A stretch of 64,000 nucleotides of DNA, taken from positions 75,020,001 through 75,084,000 of the forward strand of contig OX597831.1 of the NCBI GenBank assembly GCA_951406725.2. The letters are read 5' to 3'. A program made the translations under genes and the position numbers. Under the pieces are notes generated by a model. That model made no database searches. It saw only the letters and a program-made list of their open reading frames with translations, and had not been told where the DNA came from. Source of the stretch: Octopus vulgaris (lineage: Eukaryota). This document shows positions 1 to 12,354 of the stretch, one piece after another. Within the stretch, counting starts at the first letter, position 1. Each line of letters opens with the position of its first letter.

Positions 1-122
1 ACAAGGCATTGGTCGGCCCGGGACTATAGCAGAAGACACTTGCCCAAGATGCCACGCAGTGGGACTGAACCCGGAACCATGTGGTTGGTTAGCAAGCTAC
101 TTACCACACAGCCACTCCTGCA
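1..122 (-). mobile_element. SINE family A (tRNA head, CORE-like segment), 5' part
   Basis: Reverse complement of the family A head (gcaggagtggctgtgtggtaag...ggttccgggttcagtccc...cttgggcaagtgtc) seen full length at 23106 and 46587. Confidence 0.9.
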
Positions 123-259
123 CCAATACTGTGTACGTTTGTATGTGTTTGTCTTCACATAGTACAATATTTGTAAATAAGCATCACCGTTATACAAAGT
201 AAAGGGAAAGTCTCCTTCTCGAGTCATTCTGACTCATGAGGTCCGATTACCCAGTTTCC

Positions 260-613
260 TTATTTCTTTATTGCCAACAAGGGGCTAAACAAAGAGGGTC
301 AAACAAGGACAGACAAAGGGATTGAATTGATTACATCGACCCCAGTGTGTAGACAAATGGCTGAAGAAGATTGGGATAGAATGCCCTGTAGAGCTCCTAC
401 AAGTTTGTCTCTTAGGGACAGCAAGGATTATCAGGAGGGTTCTAAGCTCTTGAAAAACTGCTGAAAACTTGTGGATAACTGGTACTTAATTTATCAACCC
501 CAAAAGGATGAAAGGCAAAGTCGAACTCAGAACATAACGGCAGACAAAATACCGCTAAGCATTTCGCCCGGCATGCTAACGTTTCTGCCAGCTCGCCACC
601 TTTTACTCGGCTC
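260..613 (-). mobile_element. SINE family B, inserted in a family D SINE and interrupted at 348-477
   Basis: Matches the family B copy at 1271; flanked by near-duplicated ccg(a/g)ttacccagtttcc (about 243-259 and 615-631), a likely target-site duplication (TSD). Confidence 0.85.
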
Positions 614-614
614 A

Positions 615-823
615 CCGGTTACCCAGTTTCCGCAGCGTGTATATTCCCCACCTGGATGGGATGCCAGTCCATTGCAGGGTTACTCATTTGTGCCAGCTGA
701 GTGGACTGGAGCAACGTGAAATGGAGTGGTTTGCTCAAGAACACAACGCATCACCCGGTCCAGGAATTGAAACTACAATTTTATGATCAGGAGTCCAACA
801 CCTTAACCACTAAGCCACACGCC
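615..823 (-). mobile_element. SINE family D fragment (continues at about 190-259)
   Basis: Reverse complement gives tggcttagtggttaagg...tttcaattcctggaccggg...gtgttcttgagcaa, like the copy at 52391. Confidence 0.7.
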
Positions 824-1270
824 TTCTACTGTTATACAAGCAGTGTCATTCATTTCCATGTTTAGCTGTGGGGAAAATATTACCTTGCTTGAAAAGAAGT
901 GTAGGCCGATAGCAGGAAGAGCATCTCGCCATAGAATGTCTGCTTCAGTCCTGTCTTGCTCAGGCAGACTTGGAAAAGTGAACCTTAACAAAAAACAACA
1001 AAGAATTATTTGCCATCTGCCTTCTTAATGACAGAGACATTATTCTTTTAGTGAATTCTTCCAATTGTTTGATTAGTCTGAAAATTGATTGAAGCATGCA
1101 AACAGTACGAGTGGCTGTGTGGTAAGAAGTTTGATTCCCAACAACATGGTTCTGGGTTCAGTCCTGCTGCATGGCACCATGGGCAAGTGTCTTCCACTAT
1201 AACCCTGAGCTGACCAAAGCCTTGTGAAAGCTGAAAGAAGCCCATCATGTGTGTGTGTGTGGATATTATA

Positions 1271-1500
1271 GGCGGTGAGCTGGCAAAACCGTTAGCACGC
1301 CGGGCGAAATGCGTAGCCGTATTTTGTCTGCCATTACGTTCTGAGTTCAAATTCCGCCGAGGTCGACTTTGCCTTTCATCCTTTTGGGGTCGATAAATTA
1401 AGTACCAGTTACGCACTGGGGTCGATGTAATCGACTTAATACCTATGTCTGTCCTTGTTTGTCCGCTCTATGTTTAGCCCCTTGTGGGTAGTAAACAAAA
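1271..1500 (+). mobile_element. SINE family B, full length
   Basis: tRNA-like head with B box gagttcaaattcc, central gcctttcatccttttggggtcgataaattaagtaccag; TSD gtgtgtgtgtggatatt at about 1251-1267 and 1502-1518. Confidence 0.9.
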
Positions 1501-1849
1501 AGTGTGTGTGTGGATATTCCACCAACACTGGAGCAACAAGTGCAGTGATTATCCAGATGTAGGATTTGTATTTAGCTACCTTCTCTTAGACGAACCACTA
1601 AAGAACTGGAGGGCCTCATCTGCCCTGGTGCCTGTGGTAATTCTGTGTGATCCTGATTAACCCTTAGGTGGGACCCTGGCAAGTGTTACTATTCTTTGTC
1701 AGTTCCACATTCCTCAAAATCATGGAACTTTCAAACCAGGACTCTGTTAATTGTTATAATTCAGTCATATCCACAACAATTGATTTTAAAGTATTATATT
1801 CTTTAAAATTAGAATATAATTTTGTTCTCAATCATAATTTTTGTGTTTG

Positions 1850-2570
1850 TTTATTATTTTTGGTACGACTGAGGTTTGATCATATCTCTGGTAGGATTTA
1901 TGTGGGTAGCAGGTTACTAACCGTAACCTTAGGTATCCACAAGTTTTCAGTAGTTTTTCAAGAGCTTAGAACCCTCCTGATAATCCTTGCTGTCCCTAAG
2001 AGAGAAACTTGTAGGAGCTCTACAGGGCATTCTATCCCAATCTTCTTCAGCCATTTGTCTACATCTTTGCTTACTGTTCCTCGCACATCAATTATTATAC
2101 GCACAACCTTTACTGTTCACATGCTCCAAATTCTTCCTATTTCAAATTTAAAGTGATTGGGGGTTTTTTTTTCATCCTCTTTGGGATCCTGGAATCAAAC
2201 AGGCATGGTAGCCCAATTAGTAAGCAACTTTGCTTTTCTTTATCTATATTTATGTCCGGTCTATTATTTTCTAGCTTCTTGTCCATTTGAATAGGAAAGT
2301 CCCACAGAATCTTACATTTCTCCATCTCCAGTACTCTTTCAAACCAATGATTTTACCTTATGTTTCCAGTTTTAAATCCCCATTTCTGGCAAAGTACCCA
2401 GTGTAAAACTTTTACAACCTGGTCGTGCCTCCATTTCTTATATTCTTCCTGTGCCAACTTGAGGTATTCTTCTGCAATGTGTGCCACTATCCCATTCCAA
2501 GTTCCTCAGGTTCTGCATTTTTCTGACACATTCTCTCTATATTTTTTCTCAAGTTTTTGTATGTGGCATC
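1850..2570 (-). mobile_element. Decayed 3' end of an R4/Dong-like (restriction-like endonuclease, RLE) non-LTR retrotransposon
   Basis: Minus-strand translation shows a zinc-knuckle remnant, KWRHDQVVKVLHW, KILWDFPIQMDKKLENNRPDI and LLGTARIIRRVL, with stops and frameshifts, then a 3' UTR. Confidence 0.8.
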
Positions 2571-3413
2571 TGCCACATACAAAAACTATTTTCCCAGTTA
2601 GCCTTCCTTTGACATTGCTGCACCTCTCATGTGTCCATAGCTTACACTTGGTGCATCTTATAGAGTTTCTACCTACACCTTTTCTACAGATCGAGCAGGG
2701 CCATCTACCTGAAGGCGTTTGTGATTTGTCAACCTTCCTACTTATTAGGACTTTGGTTTTAGCTAGGTTGACTCTAAGGCCCTTCAATTCTAATCCTTGC
2801 TTTCACACCTGAAACTTCTCCTCCAGTTCTGATAGTGACTCAACAATTAGAGCAAGGTCATCAGTATAGAGGAGCTCCCAGGGGCATCCTGTCTTGAATT
2901 CCTCCGTTATTGCCTGGAGGATTATGATAAATAGGAGAGGGCTGAGGACTGAACCTTGGTGGACCCCAACCTCTACCCGGAATTCTTCACTATATTCGTT
3001 GCCAACCCTCACCTTACTAGCAGCGTCCCTGTACATGGCTCGCACAGCTCTCACTAACCATTCATCTATCCCTAGTTTCCTCATTGACCACCCCATAAGG
3101 GATTGGGGAACCCTGTCGAAGGCTTTCTCCATGTCAACAAAAGCCAGGTATTTCTCCTGCAGCTATCTTACCAGGAATATTGCATCAGTAGTACTTTTCC
3201 CTGGCACGAACCCAAATTGCATCTCATCTAAGCTAACTCTCTCACTAATTAGTTGGGCTATGACCCTCTCCATAACCTTCATTACCTGATCCAACAGCTT
3301 GATACCCCTGTAGTTATTTGTATCTAGGGCGTCACCTTTACCTTTGTAGCAGTTGACTATTATGCTGCTACACCAGTCATTGGGAATGACTCCTTCGTGT
3401 ATCACCTGGTTAA
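2571..3413 (-). pseudogene. RTE-clade LINE reverse transcriptase fragment with Cys-rich PHD-like finger (inactive)
   Basis: YKGKGD..NYRGIKLL, QFGFVPGKSTTDAIF, FVDMEKAFDRV, GVHQGSVLSPLLF, YTDD (YADD motif), GLRVNLAKTK, CSICRKGVGRNSIRCTKCKLWTHERC; two in-frame stops. Confidence 0.9.
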
Positions 3414-3415
3414 CT

Positions 3416-3544
3416 ACTCACAAGGCTTTGGTCGGCCCGAGGCTATAGTAGAAGACACTTGCCCAAGGTGCCACGCAGTGGGACTGAACCCGAAACTATG
3501 TGGTTGGTAAGCAAGCTACTTACCACACAGCCACTCCTATGCCT
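3416..3544 (-). mobile_element. SINE family A, 5' part, abutting the RTE fragment
   Basis: Reverse complement of family A head. Confidence 0.85.
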
Positions 3545-3769
3545 CTTTATGTTCTGAGTTCAAATCCCACTGAAGTCAACTTTGCCTTTTTACCTTTTTG
3601 GGCTCAATAAAACGAAACAAAATGGTCAAGTGTTGGGGTCAGTGTAACCAACTTACCTCCTGCCCCCAAAATTTCAGGCTTTCTGACTCTATTAGAAACA
3701 TTAAAATGATGGACTGGTAGAATCATTACTTTTGAACAAAAAAAAAATGCTTGGCAACATTTTCTTCTT

Positions 3770-4007
3770 TTACTTCTTTCATTTGTTAGATTGTGGCCAT
3801 ACTGGGGCACAGCTTTGAATTTTTAGTAGAATTGACCCCCCTCCTACTTAGTTTTATTTTAAACCTGGTGCTTAATCTATCGGTCTTTTTTGCTAAACCA
3901 TTAAGTTACTAGTTGCCAAGCTGTGGTGGGGAACGAAGACACACACACATGTGAGAGACAGGTAATGATGCAAATATCTCCTTATCCGCTCACCTGGATT
4001 CCTTATG

Positions 4008-4038
<31 letters not shown>

Positions 4039-4192
4039 GGCTCCTTTCATTCTCCATCTACCACTTCCACTCACAAATCTTGGTCGGCCCAAGGCTAAAG
4101 TAAAAGTCACTTGCTCAAGGTGCCATGCAGTGGGACTGAAACCAGAACCATATGATTGGGAAAGAAGCTTCTTACCACGCAGCCATGCCAGC
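3770..4192 (-). mobile_element. Diverged SINE family A copy
   Basis: Both halves recognisable, separated by (CA)n. Confidence 0.7.
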
Positions 4193-5823
4193 TCCTTTGT
4201 TTCTAATCTCATCAAGGTTAAATTTTCCTTTCGTCCTTTCTGTGTCAAATTAAGGTACCAATCAGGTGCTGGGGTAGAGGTAGGCGATCAGTAATGTTTA
4301 TTTCCCCCTCCTCTCAGTATTTCCGTCCGTCCACCTAAAGTAATAACGAGTATTTAGGGAAGCTAATACATGACAGGATTCAAAGATTGCTAAATGAAGG
4401 GCTTAAGATATTCATATGTCTCTAGACTGAGTTCAAATCCTGCTTTGGTTGAATTTATTTTTCTGGGGCTGATTAAATATCAATCAAGAATTTGGCATAT
4501 CAGAATTGACCATGAAACCTCCCCACAACTTTGTGGTTACCTGCCAATCATATAAACCTTGGATCCTCTAATTTATTTGAGATGACATAAAACAGAGATG
4601 CTGCAGTATATGTTGTACAGTAAAAGCTTACCTGACACTTTTTACAAGGCAAAACAGACATCAAAATAATCAAGGTGATGATTTTCATTCATTAATTACT
4701 GGCATGACTGTGTTGTTAAGAAGTTTGCTTCCAAGAAATGCTTTCAGATACAGTTCCACTACTGGGCCCTTTTGGCATCTTCTCCTATAGTTCCAGGCTG
4801 GCCATAGTTTCATAGGTCTGTTAGGTTGACAAAAACTGAGAAAGCGAGACCTGTTGTACATGCACGTGTGTCATTTGTGTCACCTTGTTTTGACTTTGTG
4901 CAGCAGTTGTAAGCGAGCGTCACTGTCGTGCACACGGTGTCCTTCGTTGCTAGTCATCAGTAGAAACTTGCCCAGCTGAGAGCAAATATCACGAGGAAAC
5001 GGAGTTTGGCAATGCAAAGGGCATCTGGCTGTATAAAATCTGCCTCCATGAATTCCATCTAACCCATTCAAGCATGGAAAAGTAGATGTTAAAACTAAGT
5101 CAATGAATTACAGACTATTTTAGTACATTTCAGTATATTTCCGTGAATTGCTGTATTTTTCTTTTTCAATTTTTTTTTTTTTGGTAATATTAGTCTGGGG
5201 AGGAACATACAATACTTGAAACCTTTGCAGGGCCTCCCACACAGGTGAGGTTGGTACAGGTAACACTACACCTGAACATCTGCAGGCCTGTGTCTGCTGC
5301 AGGAAAGAAAATAAAACTACAGTGCAATTGTGTGCAACAAGAATAACTAACCTGAATGCTTGTAACAAAGTGAACTTGCTAAAAGTACTCAAGAACCAGG
5401 TGCTGGGGCAGGGTACTGAAACGGAACATGCTGCCCTCCTGTCCATCGTAATAATGACCGGTGCATTATACTGGACCATGTCAGCCTGCCCTCACATCAT
5501 ACAGGCAATAAATCTGGTTTAAAGTTAACATTTCATACCTCAGGGTTAATTAGAGTAAATACCTGTAACATTGATGAGGTTAAGTAAATTAATTACACAT
5601 CGAAACTTTTACAGAAATGTGCTGCAGAAATGATAAATAAATGAGGCGCAGTTTGTCCGTCAGAATTAATCGGTTATGGAAACTTGCGTATGTCTGTGCA
5701 CATTGTGCTTTCACGTACATGTGTGCACACATGTCGTGCAAACAGGAATGCATTTACTCATATTTATTAATAGAATATTATCACTCACATTCAACAGAAG
5801 GTTGAATATATAATTTGTGTGTG

Positions 5824-5871
<48 letters not shown>

Positions 5872-5876
<5 letters not shown>

Positions 5877-6046
5877 CTATGCTATGTTATGATACAAAAC
5901 AATTCTATATTAAACTGAAAGATTACTCAATACTATATTGGGGAGTGCATATTCTTAAACATGAGTAGTGTTGACAGTGACTTCGAAGTAGGCCAAGTAG
6001 ACCGAAACTTCAGAGTCACTGTCAACACTAGTCTTGTTTAAGAATA
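5872..6046. mobile_element. Fold-back remnant of HHR element family 2
   Basis: Inverted arms about 5950-5989 and 6007-6046; left arm homologous (reverse complement) to 14329-14444; partial HHR CGAAAC-ttcaga-GTC. Confidence 0.65.
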
Positions 6047-6279
6047 ATATGTCTTACATTAAATTCAATCAGTTGTAGCTTATCAACCAACATCTTTAGT
6101 ATCAGTTTTAAAAGCTCGCAGTTCTATATTCGATTTTAACGATGATAAAAACGATGCATTCTCTATCATATTTTATACGCATTATATTTTATTTATTATT
6201 ACGCACTTGCTATTGTTTAATTTTTTTTATTTTTGTTTACTAGTTTATTTGTCATTGTTTATCATTAATGACCACATAA

Positions 6280-7180
6280 TTTCATAGAGGTAGTAGTAGT
6301 AGTAATAATAGCACAGGTGGTAGTGGTGGTATCATCACCAATAAATAATGATAATGATTATTGTTACGATGATGATGATGATGATAGTGCAAGATCACAA
6401 ATTTAGAAGGGAGCAGGGTGGAGTTGTCTGAAATGATCTCTATTTTATAACTGGTGTTTATTTTATCGGTCCCCACCACCTGGAGAGAGATAAAAAAAAA
6501 AATGTTGACTCTGGTGAGATTTGAACCCGGGATGTGAAGGCCTGTAGGTGAATACTTGCATTTAGCCTGCTACTCTACCGTTTCTGCCAACTGATAGTAT
6601 TAGCACTGCTCAAGTAGTGAGGGTGATGATTCATCATCCAGCATGACTCATCCCAAACCGCTGCTGCCATCATCATCGTCACCAGGAGCAGCAGCAGCAG
6701 CAGCAGCAGAAGAAACAGCAGTAGAGAGACAACAGCAGTAAGCAAAGTCTTCATCATCTTGTAAACAAGCCCAGTAGCAGGCAAATTGCAGTGATATATA
6801 CCAGTAGCTATAACAAAACCAGCAGCACCACCACCATCACATTTGTGTTGTAGTTGTGGTTCTTGTTGTTGTTGTTACCTGTCAGTAAGAGCAGGAAGGG
6901 ATGTGGTGTAGTTGTTGCTGCCGTTGTTGGCGGCAGAGGTGGCGGTAACAGTGACAAGGCGGCGGCGGTGGTGATGTTGGTGTTTGCGATGTTTTATGTG
7001 TTGTGTAAAGTCGACACAGACCCAAACAATAACAACTCATGATGCTGGGCTTTTTTTCCCCTTTTTTTGTTCCCTTTTAACCAACAACAACAACAACAAG
7101 TCTTACAAATCTGACTCTACCAATTGTGAGTTTATTTTCTATTTAATGATGTTGTTTTCGTTGTTGTTGTTGTCGTTTTC
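6280..7180. repeat. Trinucleotide low-complexity tracts (TAG/GAT/CAG/GTT/CAA)
   Basis: Short (CAG)n, (GAT)n, (GTT)n, (CAA)n runs. Confidence 0.7.
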
Positions 7181-8081
7181 TAGTTGCTGTACCGCGCGTT
7201 CCGTCGTCTGAGTGTATGCACATATGCATTTGTGTATGTGCATGTATGCATGCGTCTGCCTGTTTCCAAACATACACCAGTGTGTTTAACACCCATCAAG
7301 TTGTGTTCGATTATACAGGTGAGGTGGCGGGGCAGTTGGGTGTTTCAGGGTGTTTACATTGCTACAAATAAGGGCTGCTTCTCAGTTGGCAGCAACCCCC
7401 TTTTTTTTAAAAAAAAACAAATTGTCATCTAACCTTATGGTCCCTTGAACAATTTTTAAGTTTCCAAACCAAACAAGCCCAGGTAACATCCTGCCTTTCC
7501 AAAGTGTTTCCAATCACTTCCTAAACATTGAAATAAGTTTGCATCAAATTCGGTAAATCTATTGTAAGAATCAAATTTCTGTTGTTATTGTTGTGGTCAT
7601 CATTGTCATCATCCTAATCCACCATCACCATCATCATCATCATCGACATAATCATCGTCACATGCCTAAATGCAAATTATGTCTTGTTCTTCCTTGTCCA
7701 AAAATTAGTCTTTGTCACTTCCCATCCTTTTTTTTTAAACAACTCCCACAATGTAAGATTTTACTATAAAGGTACCGAACAATGTACCATTATTACCAAA
7801 ATTTGTTTGTTTTTCTTGCACTGCCAACAGAACTTTAACCATTATTTTACATGTTTACATCAAATTCTCTGGCGCTAACTTACAACCAAATATGTTTATC
7901 ACTGTTTGTTTACTTGTGACAATTTTTTTTGTTTTGTTTTGTTATTTGTCTTCAGCCTATCATTGTTTGTCCGACTCATTTTTTGGTATTTTTTCTGTAA
8001 TTGAAAGCTGCTTTGGTTACAGATTATTTTCCATAGTTTTCTTTTTGTTTTTTTAATTTTATTTTGTTTTTGTTATTATTG

Positions 8082-8119
<38 letters not shown>

Positions 8120-8564
8120 TATATCTGCTGTTGGAGACATTTTGTCCAGTAATTTTTAGAAAATGAGGTAATGTGAATAATATTATGCTAAGTTCCCATG
8201 TGTGTGTGTGTGTATGTGTGTGGTATGAGAGAGAGGTGGAGGGAAGGAGGGAGAGAAAGAGATGAAGAGAGAGAGAGGGAGAAAAAAGAGATGATTGCAT
8301 TTAATCTATAAATGGATGTTTACACTTGTGCATTTTCAACAGTTTATTATTAGTAATATTATTATTATTATTATCTTTGTTTTACTGTCTGAAAAAATTT
8401 GAAAATTTTGCCGCTCATTTAACACACACATATATATATATATAAAGAGGGAAAGAGAGAGAGAGAGAGAGCAAGGTTTATTTGTTTGTGTTTGGATTTG
8501 TGTGAGACCACAGCTGATAAGTTTTCTGAATAATATCTTAGGCCAATCTTTACTCGAAGTAAGT
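6761..8564 (+). promoter_or_regulatory. Putative promoter / non-coding first-exon region
   Basis: SINE-free; forkhead motifs TGTTTAC/GTAAACA at 6761, 7351, 7852, 7907, 8317; GA repeat followed by donor-like AA|GTAAGT at 8559. Confidence 0.3.
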
Positions 8565-8835
8565 TGTCCCTTTTAAGTTTTTTTTTTCTTTTAATAATTG
8601 TTTTTCTTGTCAGTTTAAAGATTCCTTAAAAATCTAAGATTGACTCTATGGAATTTTCTTTTAGATTGCCTTAAATAATATTTCCATATTCTTTCAACAG
8701 TACTTCTACATAGGATTTCACTCCTAATTTAAATCGTTTACTTTTTGTCCTGATTACATTTTATTGCTTAATTAACTTATTTCATTTATTTTTGTTTTTC
8801 AATTTTTGTATTTCCCATCAAAATAATTTTGCATT

Positions 8836-8886
<51 letters not shown>

Positions 8887-9497
8887 ATATGTAAAATCAA
8901 TGAAGCTGTCACCTGACTAATGGGTTTTTTTTTAAAAACTTTAACCACATTACCTATTTTATAATGTATATGTATGTATGTATTTTATTAATTATTATAA
9001 TTTTCAAAATAAGATGTGTATTCTTTGAGAGGGAAAATGACCAATCTAAATTTATTTCATATAATTTCAAATTTATATAAAATGAAGAGAAATTACCTTA
9101 CCTGTTTCTTTTAATTAACGGATGCCATGAAAGTTCCATGGGGACACACACACACTCTCTTGTATGTAATGCATCTTAGCCAAACGAAAGGTTCTGTCAA
9201 ACTAGATATTTGGTAAAGTCCTGAATTGGAGCAAACTGATGTTGGTGACAATTCAAAAGAGACTTTGTAGAATATTGGTAAAGAATATGGTCCAGTTTAG
9301 TACCAGATATTTTTGCTTATATCCCAAATTTTGGTGCTTTTCATATCGAAGACGGGAAATTAAATGCTCTTGATATATCAAAATAATGCATTTGACCAAA
9401 TTCCCCACTAATCTGAGAAAGTTTGCTTTGTGCACAGTTAAAGTTATATGTATACATATATACATACATATATACGTGTGTGTGTGTATATATATAT

Positions 9498-9554
<57 letters not shown>

Positions 9555-9818
9555 TACATGCATATACACATAATTTAGAAACTTCAAGAGAACAGGAAAT
9601 AATTTATTTTTAATGATTGAACTCAGAGTAGCGCTATGAATAATAACAACAACATGTAAATGTTGGATTAAAAAAATACCTTTTGGATTGAAAGTTGAAG
9701 GCTTTAATCATAAGTTTTATATTTTACATAGTTCAAACATTATCTGATCACGAGTTCAGTATGTCGGATAGAGTGGAGAGGGAGAGAGAGAAAGAGAGAG
9801 AGTTTTATTATATCATAT

Positions 9819-9922
9819 AAAAGTTGGGGAGTCAACTCTGAGTTTTGCCTCAGGTGGGCTGTTTGTGACGATTGAAAATGGCCTGCCTTGGGGCAGAACT
9901 TGGAGTAAACTTATAAGCTTTT
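9819..9922 (+). ncRNA. Candidate pre-miRNA-like / structured RNA hairpin
   Basis: 9835-9864 pairs with 9876-9906 (30 bp, one bulge, 8 G-U pairs, no A-C), 11-nt loop, extended basal stem. Confidence 0.4.
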
Positions 9923-10811
9923 GATATCATAAACACACACACACACACACACACACATACACATAGGAATAAAACATTTCTGGTAGTGTACAGAATAGTA
10001 TATTGGTAATAAATTTGACTAACCTTATTATTACCAATATATATCTATATATTATATACATAAGCCCACATTTGCATCCAGTGGTGGTCATTTGAAATGA
10101 CAATGTATTCAGTAATGGTAGGGCTGCAGTATGTCCAAAGTTGAGTTTGTTTTGATTCCTTTACTGCAGAGAGAAAATTATGCGCATCTATTATGTTAAT
10201 TACATGCATTTATTATGTTCATTTCTTCTGGATCTAAGTATGATGAAATGACATCATTTTCTTCAAACAATAAAACAAACGTAAAGTTTGATTTTCATCG
10301 AAGGATAATTAACTTTGTTTCATTTTAACAAGAATTTTCTGGTTAGTTTGTTGGGCATAGACTGTTGGTGGTCAGTGTCTTCAACATTGTACACCAAACT
10401 CTGGAACTGGAATATTTTTGAAGCATTTGACTTGGTTTGGGCCTTACATTTGTGGCTCCAACCTTAAAGAACTCTCTCGTTTAGCTTGCTTTCAAAACTT
10501 TTCCAAACCTACGTTGCACAAAGTAATTCCAGGTGAAAGTAGGTAACTATTTTAAAACAATATTAAGTGTTGTTTTGTTTTTTGTAATTTCGACAAGTTT
10601 AAATCCTTAAATAGATATTGGTCTTAATTTTGATGTTAAATTTTTAAAAACTGAATCAAGACTATCTTCTTTGAATTCTTTTCTAAATTAATTGGTTGTA
10701 GGTTTTTATTTGTTTTCATGAAGTTTGTATAACTTACATTAAGTAAATTTTAATTTAACACCTGTTTTTTTTGTTTGTTTTTTTTTTTGTTTAGTAAAAC
10801 AAATTAAGATT

Positions 10812-11197
10812 TAACCTTTTTGATCCCAACCCATCTAAGATTGCTTCTGTTTCTATGATACAAACTCGCTGGCTTTAAATTGAGCTAAATTAAATATAGT
10901 TACAAAGTGAGCAAATTTTCCTTTTTAATTTATGTTCCAAACACCAACTTAATAATGAGTTATCTCACTAAATTCCTCGTTATTTTCAAAATTAATTGAA
11001 ACCAAGCTCGTATATTTCAACAGAAATATGATAACAAAAGGGCTGAAGTAGCTTCAATTAAACTTTCCATCAAAATTTCATGTTAATTCTTGTTCTAAGT
11101 ACTGCCTTAATAGTGACAGTCATTTTGAAAAATTCTTCATTTTGGAAATTAATTGAAAGGCAGCGTATTTCAGCAGAAACTCAGTAACCAAAGATTT
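10812..11197. mobile_element. Diverged piggyBac-like MITE plus tandem partial copy
   Basis: ttaaccttttt...ataacaaaaggg ends; same family as 15478 and 51270. Confidence 0.6.
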
Positions 11198-12354
11198 AAA
11201 TATTAGATAAAAATTTTCGACTTTTGATTGTATATTTTTTCTTCCACTTAAATCCATCTTTTCTTGGAAATATTTTTTCTGAAACCTGATTAATATGTTA
11301 ATAAATAATTGAACTAATAAACTCTACGTTAATGATTTTCATGGCTGAATTATTAGGATTTGAAAAATTAACTTCCATAAAACATCTTGTCTGTTTCTCT
11401 AACTTAAATTTCTTTATATTTCTTGGTTTGTTTATAAAACAAACCAAGAATAATTCTTTGTTAGCTTTTAAATAATTGTTTTCCAAAATGTGATAATGTC
11501 TAATTTATATATTTGAAAAATATATATATATTGGTCAAAAAAGTCATATTTCCAGCCCACCCATTCCTTTTCTCCTGTTTCCATTCATATAATAATTATG
11601 GAGAACTTTTCTATAAGTTTCCTAATTACAACAGTTGATATAAACTCCTTTCTTCGTCATCTAATTTATTAATGTGTCTTTATTCTAATGTAAAATTTCA
11701 CCAGAGTTAATAAAGATACAAGAGATTAATTCAGGTTTATTTGGACTTTAATTAATGAAAATCTATTAATTTGGTAGTAAGTTCGTGCTGAAACCATATT
11801 ACCATGTTCCAATTTTAGGGACCCTTTTTTGTTAAAATATTTCAGTTATTTTGAAAATAATGAAGCATTTAGTAAAATGACTTTGTCATCATTAAGCTGC
11901 TGTTCAGAACAGAAATTAAAATTTGATGGAATATTTTAATGTAGATCACTTTCACCCTTTTTGTTGAAATGCACTGCTTTTGTTTCAATTAATTTTGAAA
12001 ATTACAAAGAATTTAGTAAAATAACTGGTGTTTGAAACATAAATTAACATTTTGATGAAGGATTATAATCTAAAACAAATTAAACTAGTTTGTATCAAAG
12101 AACCCAGGAGTTGCCTTGGATAGGTCAGTATCAAAAAGGTTAGAATTTAATCTTGTAACAATACTGGTAAAGGTATTACAATATTTGATGGCATTAAAGA
12201 TGCATGGATGCATTAGATTTTAGCCGTCCATTTTCAGGAATAAAAAGTTTTTTGTTCATTAAAGCTTCTGGGGAAACTTCACATAAAATAGTTTCTTTTT
12301 GTGAGTACTTTTGAGAGAAAAGTGCATCATCAAAGATGGTACTTAAGATTCTCA

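Noticed and set aside
1668-3289. Plus-strand ORFs of 162, 150 and 131 aa
   Set aside because: Antisense shadows of the minus-strand LINE remnants
6660-6960. CAG/GTT tract as a poly-Gln exon
   Set aside because: Stop right after the Gln run (cagcagtag), no convincing splice signals, low complexity
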